Below, in pieces: positions 37,001 to 57,600 of a DNA stretch of 64,000 nt; the stretch's first letter is position 1, and each line of letters begins with the position of its first letter. This DNA is from Accumulibacter sp. (lineage in GTDB: Bacteria > Pseudomonadota > Gammaproteobacteria > Burkholderiales > Rhodocyclaceae): positions 270 through 64,269 of the forward strand of contig NZ_JAVMKF010000268.1 in NCBI RefSeq assembly GCF_031732815.1. The letters run 5' to 3'. The notes beneath the pieces were generated by a model. It did no database searches. It was not told the origin of the DNA and worked only from the letters and a program-made list of their open reading frames with translations. The translations under genes and the position numbers were made by a program.

Positions 37001-37479
37001 CCCCACGCGCAACGCGCGGTTCGCGCGCATTCTGCCTGTCCCGGGAAGTGCTGAGAATGGGTGCCCGTGGTGACGGGCTCTGCCGGTCCCGGTTTCATTC
37101 GCCATGTTCAGCCGGCCAGCAGGATGGGCTCGCGGAATCAATTGGCTGCGTGCCATGAAATGAGCGAGTGGCAGACCCGGCGCGCCATTTCCAATGCAGT
37201 TCGGAGAGACAGTCTGCCTGCTCGATCAGGAAGTGGCGGTCGAGCTGCAACACCGTGATCTGTCGGGCCTTGCCGCCAAAGTGCGCGCGTTGCGCACCCG
37301 TCGGCAGGTGACGCAGCTTTCGCCGGTTGCCTGGTTGCCGCTTGTCGTCTGTCGAACAGGCATGCCAGGCGAGGAAGATTCACCGCCTGACGATGTAGGG
37401 CGACGCGCTCTGCTGCCGTCCGACTTTCAGAACCTCTTCCGTGCTACTTCGGCTTTCCGGGGGCAGGACATTGGGGGCG

Positions 37480-37508
37480 AAAAAAAACGGGCGCCTGAGC
37501 GCCCGTTT
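37480..37508 (-). terminator. Rho-independent terminator of porin gene
   Basis: AAACGGGCGC-CTGA-GCGCCCGTTT stem with an A8 tract on the plus strand (U-tract on minus), 19 bp past the porin stop. Confidence 0.85.
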
Positions 37509-37527
37509 CTCTGATTTGCCAATTGGC

Positions 37528-38628
37528 TCAGAAGGTGTGACGGATACCGGCGGTAAACGTGTGGTTCTTGCGGTCGACCGCGCCGATGGTGCCGGTCAGG
37601 CCAGCCGGAGCGGCGCCAACGGTGTCGTCGCCGTTCTTGGTGTAAACGTAACCGGTGTACAGCGTCGTGCGCTTCGACAGGCCGTGCGAGAAGGCCACAG
37701 CGGCAGCCTTGGACTTGCCGTTCAACTGGAGGCCCTTGTTGCCTTGGTCGAAGTCAAGTTCGGCGTAGCCCAGGTGAATGGCGCTCGACGACATGACCGG
37801 GATCACCGCGCCAACCGACCACGTGCTGTTGTCGTTGTTGGTGAAGGTGTTCTTGTCGTTCTGGTCCTGGTAGCTGGCCATCAGCTTGGCGAACTTGAGG
37901 TCGAGCGTGGCGCCGACATACCATTCGTTGATGTCCTTGCCGTTGGCAGCGACGACGTTCTGGCGTACTTGATAGACACCGTCGATGTTGAACATGCCGG
38001 CCGAGAAGTTGGCGCCGACGCCCCAACGACCGTTGTCGCTGGTGCTGACGAAGCGGTCGTTACCCGCGTTTTCGCCAAAGCCATAGATCGCCTTGCCGGT
38101 GAAGCCGCCCCAGTTCGGGGTGGTGTAGGTCACGGCGTTGTTCCAGCGTGCGTTGCTGTTCGGCGTGATCGTGTTGTTGCCGGCGGTCGAGGTGGTCAGG
38201 AACGATTGCGGAGCAAATGCGGCGCCGCCGAAGGCGTCGTTTCTCGCGGTGGCGTCATAGCCGGGAGCATACTGACGGCCGAGGGCGACCGTACCCAGCG
38301 CGTTGCTGGACAGACCGACGAACTGCTGGCGGGCCAGCGCGGTGCCGACGCCCGCGTTGCTGTCGATGCTCAGGCCGTATTCAAGCTGGAAGATGGCTTT
38401 CAGGCCGTTACCCAGCGCTTCTTCACCCTTGAAACCGAGACGCGAACCGCTCAGCAGGCCGGATTCGATGCCGCTGAACTTGTTGGTGCCACCGCCGACG
38501 ACATTGGCCTTGCCCCAGCTATAGACATAGCCCGCGTCGGCAATGCCATACATCGTGACATTGGTCTGAGCAAAAGCAGCGCCGGAAGCTACGCTGGCGA
38601 CTGCCAGTGCGATGAGTTTCTTTTGCAT
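37528..38628 (-). CDS. General outer-membrane porin (Gram-negative trimeric, Omp32/OmpC-like), 366 aa
   Basis: Signal peptide MQKKLIALAV...AFA, NVTMYG, SRLGFKGEEALGNGLKAIFQLE, terminal GIRHTF. Confidence 0.95.
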   Translation of the reverse strand: MQKKLIALAVASVASGAAFAQTNVTMYGIADAGYVYSWGKANVVGGGTNKFSGIESGLLSGSRLGFKGEEALGNGLKAIFQLEYGLSIDSNAGVGTALARQQFVGLSSNALGTVALGRQYAPGYDATARNDAFGGAAFAPQSFLTTSTAGNNTITPNSNARWNNAVTYTTPNWGGFTGKAIYGFGENAGNDRFVSTSDNGRWGVGANFSAGMFNIDGVYQVRQNVVAANGKDINEWYVGATLDLKFAKLMASYQDQNDKNTFTNNDNSTWSVGAVIPVMSSSAIHLGYAELDFDQGNKGLQLNGKSKAAAVAFSHGLSKRTTLYTGYVYTKNGDDTVGAAPAGLTGTIGAVDRKNHTFTAGIRHTF

Positions 38629-38810
38629 TGTGAATCTCCTCTAGGTTTGAGATCGATGAAGCCACCTGCCGCTCCACCAAACTGGACCTCTCGAAAAGAC
38701 GAGAAGTTGGGCGGATTCTGGCAAAGGCGCCAGATTGCAGCAAGTTCCCTGATCGCTTTCGCTGGTGGTGGCGCAGCGATTGTTGGTTTTCTGCAACAGG
38801 CCCGTCGAAC

Positions 38811-39599
38811 TCAGGCGAAGAGTTCCGCCAGGGCTTTGCCGGGCTCGTCGGCGCGCATGAAGGCCTCGCCGACGAGAAAGGCGTTGACCCCATGGCCGCG
38901 CAGCAAGCTGACGTCGGCGGCGGCAAGGATGCCGCTTTCGGCGACGACGATCCGCTCGGCCGGAACGTCGACCGAGAGCGCGAGCGTCGTCTGCAGGCTG
39001 ACCTCGAAGCTGCGCAGGTTGCGGTTGTTGATGCCGATCAGCGGTGTCGCCAGGGCGAGAGCGAGCTCGAGTTCGCTCCGGTCATGCACCTCAACGAGTA
39101 CCGACATGCCGTAGGCCTCGGCAATCTGCTCGAAATGGCGCATCGTCGGCAGGTCGAGTGCGGCGACGATGAGCAGAATGGCGTCGGCGCCCATCGCGCG
39201 CGCTTCGTGGACCTGATACTCGTCGATGAGAAAGTCCTTGCGCAGCACGGGCAGCGTGCAAGCGGCCCGGGCGAGCTGCAGCGCTGCTGGCGAACCCTGG
39301 AAGAACTGCCTGTCGGTGAGCACGGAGAGGCACGCGGCGCCGTGCTCCTGGTAGTCGGCAGCGATCGCCGCCGGTTGGAAATCGGCACGCAGGATTCCCT
39401 TCGACGGGCTGGCCCGCTTGATTTCGGCGATCACCGCCGGCTGGCCGGCGGCGATCCGTCGGCGCAAGGCGCCGGCGAAATCACGCGGCCGGTCCTGTGC
39501 TTGCGCCGCGGCACACACCTCGGCGAGGCTGATCGTGGCGACGCTGGCGGCCAGCTCGTCGCGTTTGACGGCAAGAATACGTTGCAGGATGTCGCTCAT
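38811..39599 (-). CDS. trpC: Indole-3-glycerol-phosphate synthase, 262 aa
   Basis: MSDIL...[41 protein letters not shown]. Confidence 0.96.
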   Translation of the reverse strand: MSDILQRILAVKRDELAASVATISLAEVCAAAQAQDRPRDFAGALRRRIAAGQPAVIAEIKRASPSKGILRADFQPAAIAADYQEHGAACLSVLTDRQFFQGSPAALQLARAACTLPVLRKDFLIDEYQVHEARAMGADAILLIVAALDLPTMRHFEQIAEAYGMSVLVEVHDRSELELALALATPLIGINNRNLRSFEVSLQTTLALSVDVPAERIVVAESGILAAADVSLLRGHGVNAFLVGEAFMRADEPGKALAELFA

Positions 39600-39669
39600 G
39601 GGTGACTCGCGGCTCGGCGGCCGGCAGCCGCACGGGTGTGCTCGGGGTGGGTTGCCTGGTACGCCTGGT

Positions 39670-40695
39670 TCAGGCGGCGAAGCGTCGCGAGAAAGCGACG
39701 AACGCGTCGACCTTCGCCCGCGCGGCACCGCTGGCGATCGCTTCGAACGCCGCGTCTACGCCATCGGCCAGCGAAGGTGCCAGGCCGCCGACGTAGATGC
39801 TCGCTCCCGCGTTCAGGGCGACGATGTCGCGCGCAGCTCCGGCGCGGTTTTCCAGCGCAGCCAGCAGCATCGCTTTCGATTCTTCGACGGTCGCCGCGCG
39901 CAGCACGCGCGGGTCATGTACAGGCAGATTGAACTGCTCGGGATGAATCGAGTACTCGTCGACGCGCCCGTTCTTCAATTCGCCGACCAGCGTCTCACCA
40001 GAGATCGAGATCTCGTCGAGTCCTTCGCGGCCGAACAGGGTCAGCGCGTGCGTGCTGCCCAGTCGCTGCAGGACGCGCACCTGGATGCCGACGAGGTCGG
40101 GATGGAAGACGCCGAGCACCTGCCTGCCGGCGCCGGCCGGGTTGGTCAGCGGGCCGAGGATGTTGAACAGGGTGCGCACGCCGAGCTCGCGGCGGACCGG
40201 TGCTGCGTGCTTCATTGCGCTGTGGTGGTTCGGCGCGAACATGAAGCCGACGCCGACCTCGTCGACGCTTTGCGCGACTTGCTGCGGTGTCAGATTGATG
40301 TTGGCGCCGAGCGCTTCGAGGACGTCGGCGCTGCCCGATTGCGAGGAAACCGATCGCCCGCCGTGCTTGGCGACGCGTACTCCGGCGGCCGCGCCAACGA
40401 ACATCGCGGCGGTCGAAATATTGAAGGTCTGCGCGCCGTCGCCGCCGGTGCCGCAGGTATCGACGAGGTGCGTGCGGTCGCCGACCTCGACCTTGGTCGA
40501 CAGTTCGCGCATCACCTGAGCTGCGGCCGAAATCTCGCCTATCGTTTCTTTCTTGACGCGCAGCCCGACAATGATGGCGGCGATCATCAGCGGACTGACT
40601 TCGCCACCCATGATCTGGCGCATCAGCGCGACCATTTCGTCGTGGAAGATTTCGCGGTGTTCGATGACCCGCGTCAGCGCGTCCTGTGGTTTCAT
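39670..40695 (-). CDS. trpD: Anthranilate phosphoribosyltransferase, 341 aa
   Basis: [36 protein letters not shown]. Confidence 0.97.
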   Translation of the reverse strand: MKPQDALTRVIEHREIFHDEMVALMRQIMGGEVSPLMIAAIIVGLRVKKETIGEISAAAQVMRELSTKVEVGDRTHLVDTCGTGGDGAQTFNISTAAMFVGAAAGVRVAKHGGRSVSSQSGSADVLEALGANINLTPQQVAQSVDEVGVGFMFAPNHHSAMKHAAPVRRELGVRTLFNILGPLTNPAGAGRQVLGVFHPDLVGIQVRVLQRLGSTHALTLFGREGLDEISISGETLVGELKNGRVDEYSIHPEQFNLPVHDPRVLRAATVEESKAMLLAALENRAGAARDIVALNAGASIYVGGLAPSLADGVDAAFEAIASGAARAKVDAFVAFSRRFAA

Positions 40696-41264
40696 CTCTG
40701 GTGTTCCTCGAGAAAGTTGGCGAGCAACTGGTGACCGTTTTCGGTCAGGATCGACTCGGGATGGAACTGCACGCCCTCGACGGCCAGCGTCCGATGCCGC
40801 AAGCCCATGATCTCGCCATCGTCGGTCCAGGCGGTGATCTCCAGGCAGTCCGGCAAGGAAGAACGCTCGACGGCGAGCGAATGATAGCGCGTGCAGCGCA
40901 GCGGGTCAGGCTGCCCGCGAAACACTCCCTGCCCGGTGTGGTGTACTGGCGATACCTTGCCGTGCATCAGCCGACGGGCGTGTACGACGCGACCGCCGAA
41001 AGCCTCGCCGATCGCCTGGTGGCCGAGACAGACGCCGAGCAGCGGAAGCTTGCCGGCAAATTCCCGTATCGCCGCGAGCGAGATTCCTGCCTGGCCTGGC
41101 GAGCACGGACCCGGCGAAATGACCAGATACGCGGGATCGAGGCGGGCAATTCCGGCCAGGCTGATCGCATCGTTGCGAAATACCCTGACCTCTTGCCCGA
41201 GTGCGCCGAAGTACTGAACGAGGTTGTAGGTGAATGAGTCGTAGTTGTCGATCATCAGCAGCAT
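40692..41264 (-). CDS. trpG: Anthranilate synthase component II (glutamine amidotransferase), 190 aa
   Basis: [36 protein letters not shown]. Confidence 0.95.
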   Translation of the reverse strand: MLLMIDNYDSFTYNLVQYFGALGQEVRVFRNDAISLAGIARLDPAYLVISPGPCSPGQAGISLAAIREFAGKLPLLGVCLGHQAIGEAFGGRVVHARRLMHGKVSPVHHTGQGVFRGQPDPLRCTRYHSLAVERSSLPDCLEITAWTDDGEIMGLRHRTLAVEGVQFHPESILTENGHQLLANFLEEHQR

Positions 41265-41881
41265 GGCGCGGCTATCCTCTTGTTGCATAGGGCTGCGCCT
41301 CCAGATGATCGGGCTCGCTACGCGCTCGGACACCCGCTCTTCTTCTGCTATCCCGGCGCAGATGGTCTGGAACTGTACGCACGAAAGCTGCTATTGTCTC
41401 CCATATCGGCCGCGACTCAAACCTGGATCAACGTTGCTCGGTCGCGCCGCGAGCCGCAAGCAGCGTTCGCTCGGCGTGCTCACGTGCGTCCAAGCCAGGC
41501 GAGGATCGGTGACTGGCGACTAAAGTTCAGGCGCTGTGCGCCGTTAGTGAATTGGGTGGAACAGAAGCGCTTTTAGCGACAATGGCTTGGGCGCGCGTCC
41601 CGGTGTTGATCCGGAAAAGGGAGGCCACGAACCCCAGGCCGATGCCCTTGATTGCCATGAGCGCGCGATGACCAATCACCACTCTCGGGCATTGCTCTGG
41701 CAAGGGCGTGCCGGCGTTTGACGCGCAAGTGGGTTGTGGACACGACCACGACTTTGCCGCATGAATGACAGGGGTTTCCTTCGCAAATGATCGTTGGGTA
41801 TCACAAGTCGAGCGGATGCAGACGCATTGACTCCTTTTTCGTGTCTGGTGAGATGAGCCTGTCGCAGATGGAGGCTGACCG

Positions 41882-52028
<10,147 letters not shown>

Positions 52029-52070
52029 GCGCGTCGATGAGCGCACTCCTCGTCCATTTTCGGTCGTGCC

Positions 52071-52856
52071 ATGCGTGAGCCGCGCAATCCGCTGGCGATC
52101 AGCTTTGCCGTCTGGCAGGCCATCTTCCTGCGCGAGGCGATCGATCGCCTGTTCGACATGCGCGCCGCCTGGTTCTGGTTGCTCATCGAGCCGGCCTTGC
52201 ACATCGCCTTCATCACCGTGGTCTACTCCGCCGTGCGCATGTATACGGTGGGCGGAATCGACGTTGCCCTATGGATCATCGTCGGCATGCTCGGCTTCTT
52301 CCTCTTTCGTCGTACTGCCATTCAGGTGATGTACGCGGTTGACTGCAATCGGCCGCTGTTTGCCTACCGACAGGTCAAGCCCTTCGATCCGGCGATCGTG
52401 CGCGCGGTTCTCGAAGCCTTCCTGATGGTGATCATCGCCAGCGCCATCCTCGCCGCCGCTGCCTTGCTCGGGCACGACAGCCTGCCGCGCGACCCCTTGC
52501 TGGTCGCCCTGGCGGTCGGCGGCCTGTGGCTTTTCGGTCTGGGCTACGGCCTCGTCGCGTCGGTGCTGATGGAACTGGTACCCGAGACCGAGCACATCCT
52601 GAAGCTCCTGATGATGCCGCTCTACCTGATCTCCGGCGTGATCATGCCGATGGCGTCGGTGCGCCAGCCCTATCGCGAGTTCCTGCTGATGAACCCGATC
52701 GTGCACGGTGTCGAGCTGGTCCGCCAGGGCTTCGTCCCTTACTACCATGTCGTTCCCGGAGTCGACATGGCCTACCTCTACGCCTGGGTCATCGTCAGCC
52801 TGCTCCTCGGTTTGCTGCTCTACCGCCGTTTCGCTTTGCAGTTGGTGATGAAATGA
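52071..52856 (+). CDS. kpsM: Capsule ABC transporter permease (KpsM/Wzm), 261 aa
   Basis: ABC-2 permease pattern (W..IEP, YLISG, MNP..H..EL.R) with multiple TM segments. Confidence 0.9.
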   Translation: MREPRNPLAISFAVWQAIFLREAIDRLFDMRAAWFWLLIEPALHIAFITVVYSAVRMYTVGGIDVALWIIVGMLGFFLFRRTAIQVMYAVDCNRPLFAYRQVKPFDPAIVRAVLEAFLMVIIASAILAAAALLGHDSLPRDPLLVALAVGGLWLFGLGYGLVASVLMELVPETEHILKLLMMPLYLISGVIMPMASVRQPYREFLLMNPIVHGVELVRQGFVPYYHVVPGVDMAYLYAWVIVSLLLGLLLYRRFALQLVMK

Positions 52857-53515
52857 TCGTCGTCAACGATATCCACAAGCGCTACAAGACCGAGCACGGC
52901 GTCGGCCGCTGGGTACTGCAGGGCGTCAGCCTGAACATTCCGCGCAAGCTCAACGTCGGGTTGATTGGCGCCAATGGGGCGGGAAAATCGACCCTGCTGC
53001 GCCTGATCGGCGGCGTCGATCACCCCTCGAAAGGATGGATAGAGCGTCGCTGCCGCGTCTCCTGGCCGATGGGTGAGGGCGGTCTCGAGGGCACGCTGAG
53101 CGGGCGGCAGAACGCCAAGTTCGTTTGCCGTGTGCACGGGCACCAGGCCGACCTGGCCGACCGACTGGCTTTCGTCGAGGACTTCTCCGAGTTGCGCGAA
53201 GCCTTCGACGAACCCGTCAGCACGTACTCGACCGGCATGCGCTCGCGCCTGCAGTTTGCCCTCTCGCTCGCCTTCGACTTCGACGTCTACATCTCCGACG
53301 AAGTGACCGCCGCCGGCGATGCCGCATTCCGCAAGAAAACGGCGACCGCATTCAAGGAGATGGCCGATCGCGCCGGGCTGATCATGGTGGCGCATGACGA
53401 AGGCACCTTGAAGGAGTTTTGCCAGTCGGGGATCTGGATTCATGCCGGCAAGGCTTATTGGTTCGATGCCATTGATGATGCCCTCAAGGCTTACAAGGAG
53501 GCGATCCCGCAATGA
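52853..53515 (+). CDS. kpsT: Capsule ABC transporter ATPase (KpsT/Wzt), 220 aa, no C-terminal CBM
   Basis: ATG 52853 overlaps the kpsM stop; GANGAGKST, YSTGMRSRL, YISDE. Confidence 0.92.
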   Translation: MIVVNDIHKRYKTEHGVGRWVLQGVSLNIPRKLNVGLIGANGAGKSTLLRLIGGVDHPSKGWIERRCRVSWPMGEGGLEGTLSGRQNAKFVCRVHGHQADLADRLAFVEDFSELREAFDEPVSTYSTGMRSRLQFALSLAFDFDVYISDEVTAAGDAAFRKKTATAFKEMADRAGLIMVAHDEGTLKEFCQSGIWIHAGKAYWFDAIDDALKAYKEAIPQ

Positions 53516-54684
53516 CGGAAAGCGCAGACACTCAGAGCACTCCCCCACCGACCCGACTGAACGGGCGTCTGGCGCGGGCTGGCAGCGGCTGGCTGTCGAT
53601 CCGCGTGTTTTCCCGGCTGATCCGCCTGAGCGCGCTGCTTGCCTTGCTGGGAACCGTCTACTGGGCGCTCGTCGCTTCCGACCGCTACGTGTCGGAAGCC
53701 AATGTGATCATTCGCAAGACCGATTCGCTGAATGCCCCGGCGCTCGATTTCTCGCTGCTGGTGTCTGGCGTTGCCGGAGTGAATCGGCCGGACCAGCTCC
53801 TTCTGCGCGAGTACCTGCTCTCGGTGGACATGCTCAAGGCGCTCGACGCCAAGCTCGACCTGCGTTCGCATTACAGCGACTCCGGCCGTGACATTGTCTC
53901 GCGCATGTGGTTCAAGGATGCCTCGATGGAGTGGTTTCACCGCCATTTCCTGGGCCGCCTCAGTGTGGATTATGACGACTTCGCCGGTGTCCTGCGTTTG
54001 CGCGTACAGGCCTACGACGCGCAGACCGCGCAGGCAATCTCCAGCATGCTCGTTCAGGAAGGCGAGCGCTATATGAATCAGCTTGGCCACGAGATGGCCG
54101 AAGCGCAGGTGAGCTTCCTGATCAAACAGGTCAACGCCGCCCAGATTCGCTTTCAGGAAGCCAGCCAGCGCCTGCTCAACTTCCAGAACGAGAAAGGCCT
54201 GCTCTCGCCGCAGGCGACGGCGGAAAGCATCAGCACGATCATTGCCGGACTGGAAACGCAGCGCGCCCAGATTCAGACGCAGTTGGGTTTCCTGCCCAAG
54301 ACGCTCGACCGTGATCACCCGAACATCGTCATGCTCAGGCAATCGCTGGCCGCTGTCGACCGCCAGATCCAACAGGAAAAGGCAAAACTCGCGACGCCCT
54401 CGGGCAAGACACTGAACGTTTCGGTCGAAGAGTTTCAACGCCTGCAGATGGAAGTCGGTTTCACGCAGGATCTCTACAAGTCGTCGCTCGTCGCGCTGGA
54501 AAAAGGGCGCATCGATGCCTCCCGGATGCTGGAGAAGGTCTCCGTCCTGCAGGCGCCGACGCTGCCTGAATACCCGATGGAGCCACGCCGGATCTACAAC
54601 ACGATCGTCACCCTGCTGGTCGCTGCCATGCTCGCCGGAATTCTCAAGCTGCTGGAGAGCATCGTCATGGACCACCTTGATTGA
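53512..54684 (+). CDS. kpsE: Capsule export inner-membrane co-polymerase (KpsE/WcbD), 390 aa
   Basis: Two TM segments, ASDRYVSEA, LREYLLSVDM, LDLRSHY, PTLPE..P.R. Confidence 0.88.
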   Translation: MTESADTQSTPPPTRLNGRLARAGSGWLSIRVFSRLIRLSALLALLGTVYWALVASDRYVSEANVIIRKTDSLNAPALDFSLLVSGVAGVNRPDQLLLREYLLSVDMLKALDAKLDLRSHYSDSGRDIVSRMWFKDASMEWFHRHFLGRLSVDYDDFAGVLRLRVQAYDAQTAQAISSMLVQEGERYMNQLGHEMAEAQVSFLIKQVNAAQIRFQEASQRLLNFQNEKGLLSPQATAESISTIIAGLETQRAQIQTQLGFLPKTLDRDHPNIVMLRQSLAAVDRQIQQEKAKLATPSGKTLNVSVEEFQRLQMEVGFTQDLYKSSLVALEKGRIDASRMLEKVSVLQAPTLPEYPMEPRRIYNTIVTLLVAAMLAGILKLLESIVMDHLD

Positions 54685-57600
54685 TGACCCCCTTGCCACA
54701 GGCGACGCGCGCCATGAACAGAGTTCAAGATTGCTCGATAGCGGTGACGGCAGAGACGCCAGACGCGGATCTGCAAGAGGAGAACCGGCTGCTCTTCAAT
54801 CAGCTGCACGTCGTGCAGGAGGAACTGGAACGACTGCACGAGGGTGGTGCTGGTCCCGGCGGGCAGGCGCTGGCCGGTCGGCTGACGATCGACTGGGTCG
54901 ACGACGGCTTGCCCGAGCTGATGGCCGAGAACTTGCGCTACCGCAGCCTTCTCGAAACGCAACAGGAAGTGCACCGGATCGAGGCGCAACACACGCTGGC
55001 CGGCAAACTGGGCGAGATCCTGATCGCGGGAACAACTTCGACAGCGGCACTGCTTGCCGTGCCAGGCAAACTGCACAAGGTCTGGCAGGCCGCGAAGGAA
55101 CAGACGCCGCCCGACGAGCTCGGCGGCAAGGGCTTCGAAAAGGTGCTGGCGGCGTATCGGCAAGGCGGCCTGGATGCGGTGGATGCCTTGCTCAGCAGCC
55201 TGCCGCTGTCCGCCGGCATGCAGGCCAACGCCTTCACCGCGCTGGCCCGCAGCCTGATGCATCAGGAGCCGGTCCGCTCGGCCGAACTCGCCCGGCGCGC
55301 CTACGCCAGCGAACCACGTCCGTTTCGCCTCAAATGGCTGGCCTTCAGGCTGCACGAGGCGGGCGAACTGCTGGAAGCCGCCGCCCTGCTCGAAGTCCTC
55401 CCAGCGAACCTGCATTTCAGCGATTCCGAGCTGCGACACGCCGAGCGTCTGCGCCGCGAGGCAGCGCGAGTCCGTCTGCAGCAGGCGAAGGAAAAGTGCG
55501 CGTTCTCCGAACGGCGCGCCGAAGTCGAGCGCCAGATCAGCAGCCTGAGCCAGGCACGCGACGAACAGGCGGCGCTCGCCGCGCAGCGCCTGGGCGAGAT
55601 CGAGAAGCTCACCCAGGAACACGCAGCTTTGCGCGCGCGCAGCCTGGAGCTGCAGAGCAAAGTGGCGGCGGTGAGCGAAGCGCGCGACGAACAAGCGACG
55701 CTTGCCTTGCTGCGCTTGCGCGAGATCGCGCAACTGCAACGCGCGCACAGCCAGCTCGAAGACGAACACTCGGTGCTGCAGACAGGAATGGCTGCGCTCG
55801 GTCAGGCACACGACGAGCAGTCGGCGCTCGCCGCGCAGCGCCTGGGCGAGATCGAGAAGCTCACCCAGGAACACGCAGCTTTGCGCGCGCGCAGCCTGGA
55901 GCTGCAGAGCAAAGTGGCGGCGGTGAGCGAAGCGCGCGACGAACAAGCGACGCTTGCCTTGCTGCGCTTGCGCGAGATCGCGCAACTGCAACGCGCGCAC
56001 AGCCAGCTCGAAGACGAACACTCGGTGCTGCAGACAGGAATGGCTGCGCTCGGTCAGGCACACGACGAGCAGTCGGCGCTCGCCGCGCAGCGCCTGGGCG
56101 AGATCGCAGGACTGCAGCAGGCGCTCAGCCGGATCGAACTCGAACAATCGGTCTTGCTCACGGGTCGCCGGGCGCTGCAGGCGGAAGTGCTTGCGCTGAG
56201 CGCAGCGCGTGACGAGCAGTCGGCGCTTGCCGCGGAAAGGCAGAGCAGGCTGGACACCCTGCAGTTCACTCGCGATCGGCTCGAAGACGAGCGCTCCGTC
56301 TTCTCGGCGCGCTGCCAGATGCTGCAGGACGATGTCGCCGCCCTGAAGCAGGCGAGAGACGAACGCGGCGCGTTGGCGGAACGGAGGAAAAGCGAGATCG
56401 AGGCGTTGCAGCAGGCGCGGGATGAACTCGAGCGCGAGCAATCGGCCTTGCGCGCGCATTGCCAGGCGTTGCAGGACGATGTCGCCGTCCTGACGCAGGC
56501 GAGGGACGAACGCGGCGCGCTGGCGGAACGGAGGAAAAGCGAGATCGAGGCGCTGCAGCAGGCGCGGGATGAACTCGAGCACGAGCAATCGGCCTTGCGC
56601 GCGCATTGCCAGGCGTTGCAGGACGATGTCGCCGTCCTGACGCAGGCGAGGGACGAACGCGGCGCGCTGGCGGAACGGAGGAAAAGCGAGATCGAGGCGC
56701 TGCAGCAGGCGCGGGATGAACTCGAGCACGAGCAGTCGGCCCTGCTGGGACGCTCTCAGATGCTGCAGGAAGAACTCGCAAGGCTGACGCAAGCGCGTGA
56801 TGAGCAGTCGGCGCTGGCCGCGCAGCGGCAGGATGATTTGGCGATCACGCAGGCGGCGCTTCGTCAGCTCGAAGAAGCGCAGTCGGCATGGTCGGAGCGT
56901 CATCAGGCGCTGCAGGAGGAAGTGGCCGCGCTGGTGCGTGCGCGCGATGAACGCAGCACGCTGGCCGCACAGCGCCAGGGCGAAATCGATACCCTGCAAC
57001 ATGCGCGCAGCCGACAGGAGCAGGAGATGTCGGCGCTGCTCACGCGCAGTCATGCGCTGCAAGCGGAAGTCGCGGCGCTCGCACGAGTGCGCGACGAGCA
57101 GACGATCCTCGCTGCGCAGCGGCAGGGGGAAGTGCTCCAACTGACCAGAACGCAGGCTTCGCTGGAAAGCGAGAACGCCGCCCTCGGCCTGAAACTGCGC
57201 GAGCTCGAGCAGCATCTTGAACAGTTGATGCGCGCGCGCGACGAACAGACCAGACTGGTCGCGCAACAGATTCAGGAGTTGGCGGCAGCGCTGGCCGCGA
57301 ACAGCGGCGCGGTAGACGAGGAGTTCAGGAAGCAGGCCGACGAACTGATCCGCCTGCGCAAGTACCTCGACGGTGCGTTCAGGAACGAAATCGCCAATTC
57401 GAGCAAGCAGACGCAGGCGCTCATCGGCTTGCAGAGCTACTACGCAACCGGCGAACTGCCGACGGTGAACAGCGAACGCCATAGCTGGCCGGTCAGCCCG
57501 GATTTCGGTCTCTATCTGGTCGAACTCGTGGCCCTCAACGACTATGACCTGATCATCGAGTTCGGTTCGGGGATCTCGACCGTCATCGTCGCCAAGGCGC

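Noticed and set aside
36775-37514. Short ORFs between island and porin
   Set aside because: No recognisable motifs, conflicting overlapping frames, and no clear SD sites.
37441-39114. 557-aa plus-strand ORF
   Set aside because: Antisense to the unambiguous porin and trpC genes.
41280-41576. 98-aa ORF upstream of trpG, or a trpE remnant
   Set aside because: No motif recognised; the weak QTICAGI resemblance to the TrpE C-terminus is unconvincing.
41400-41881. ops/JUMPstart element before the capsule operon
   Set aside because: No GGCGGTAG motif found by eye.
55571-56741. Tandem repeats as CRISPR array
   Set aside because: Contiguous in-frame coding duplications with no unique spacers and no cas genes.
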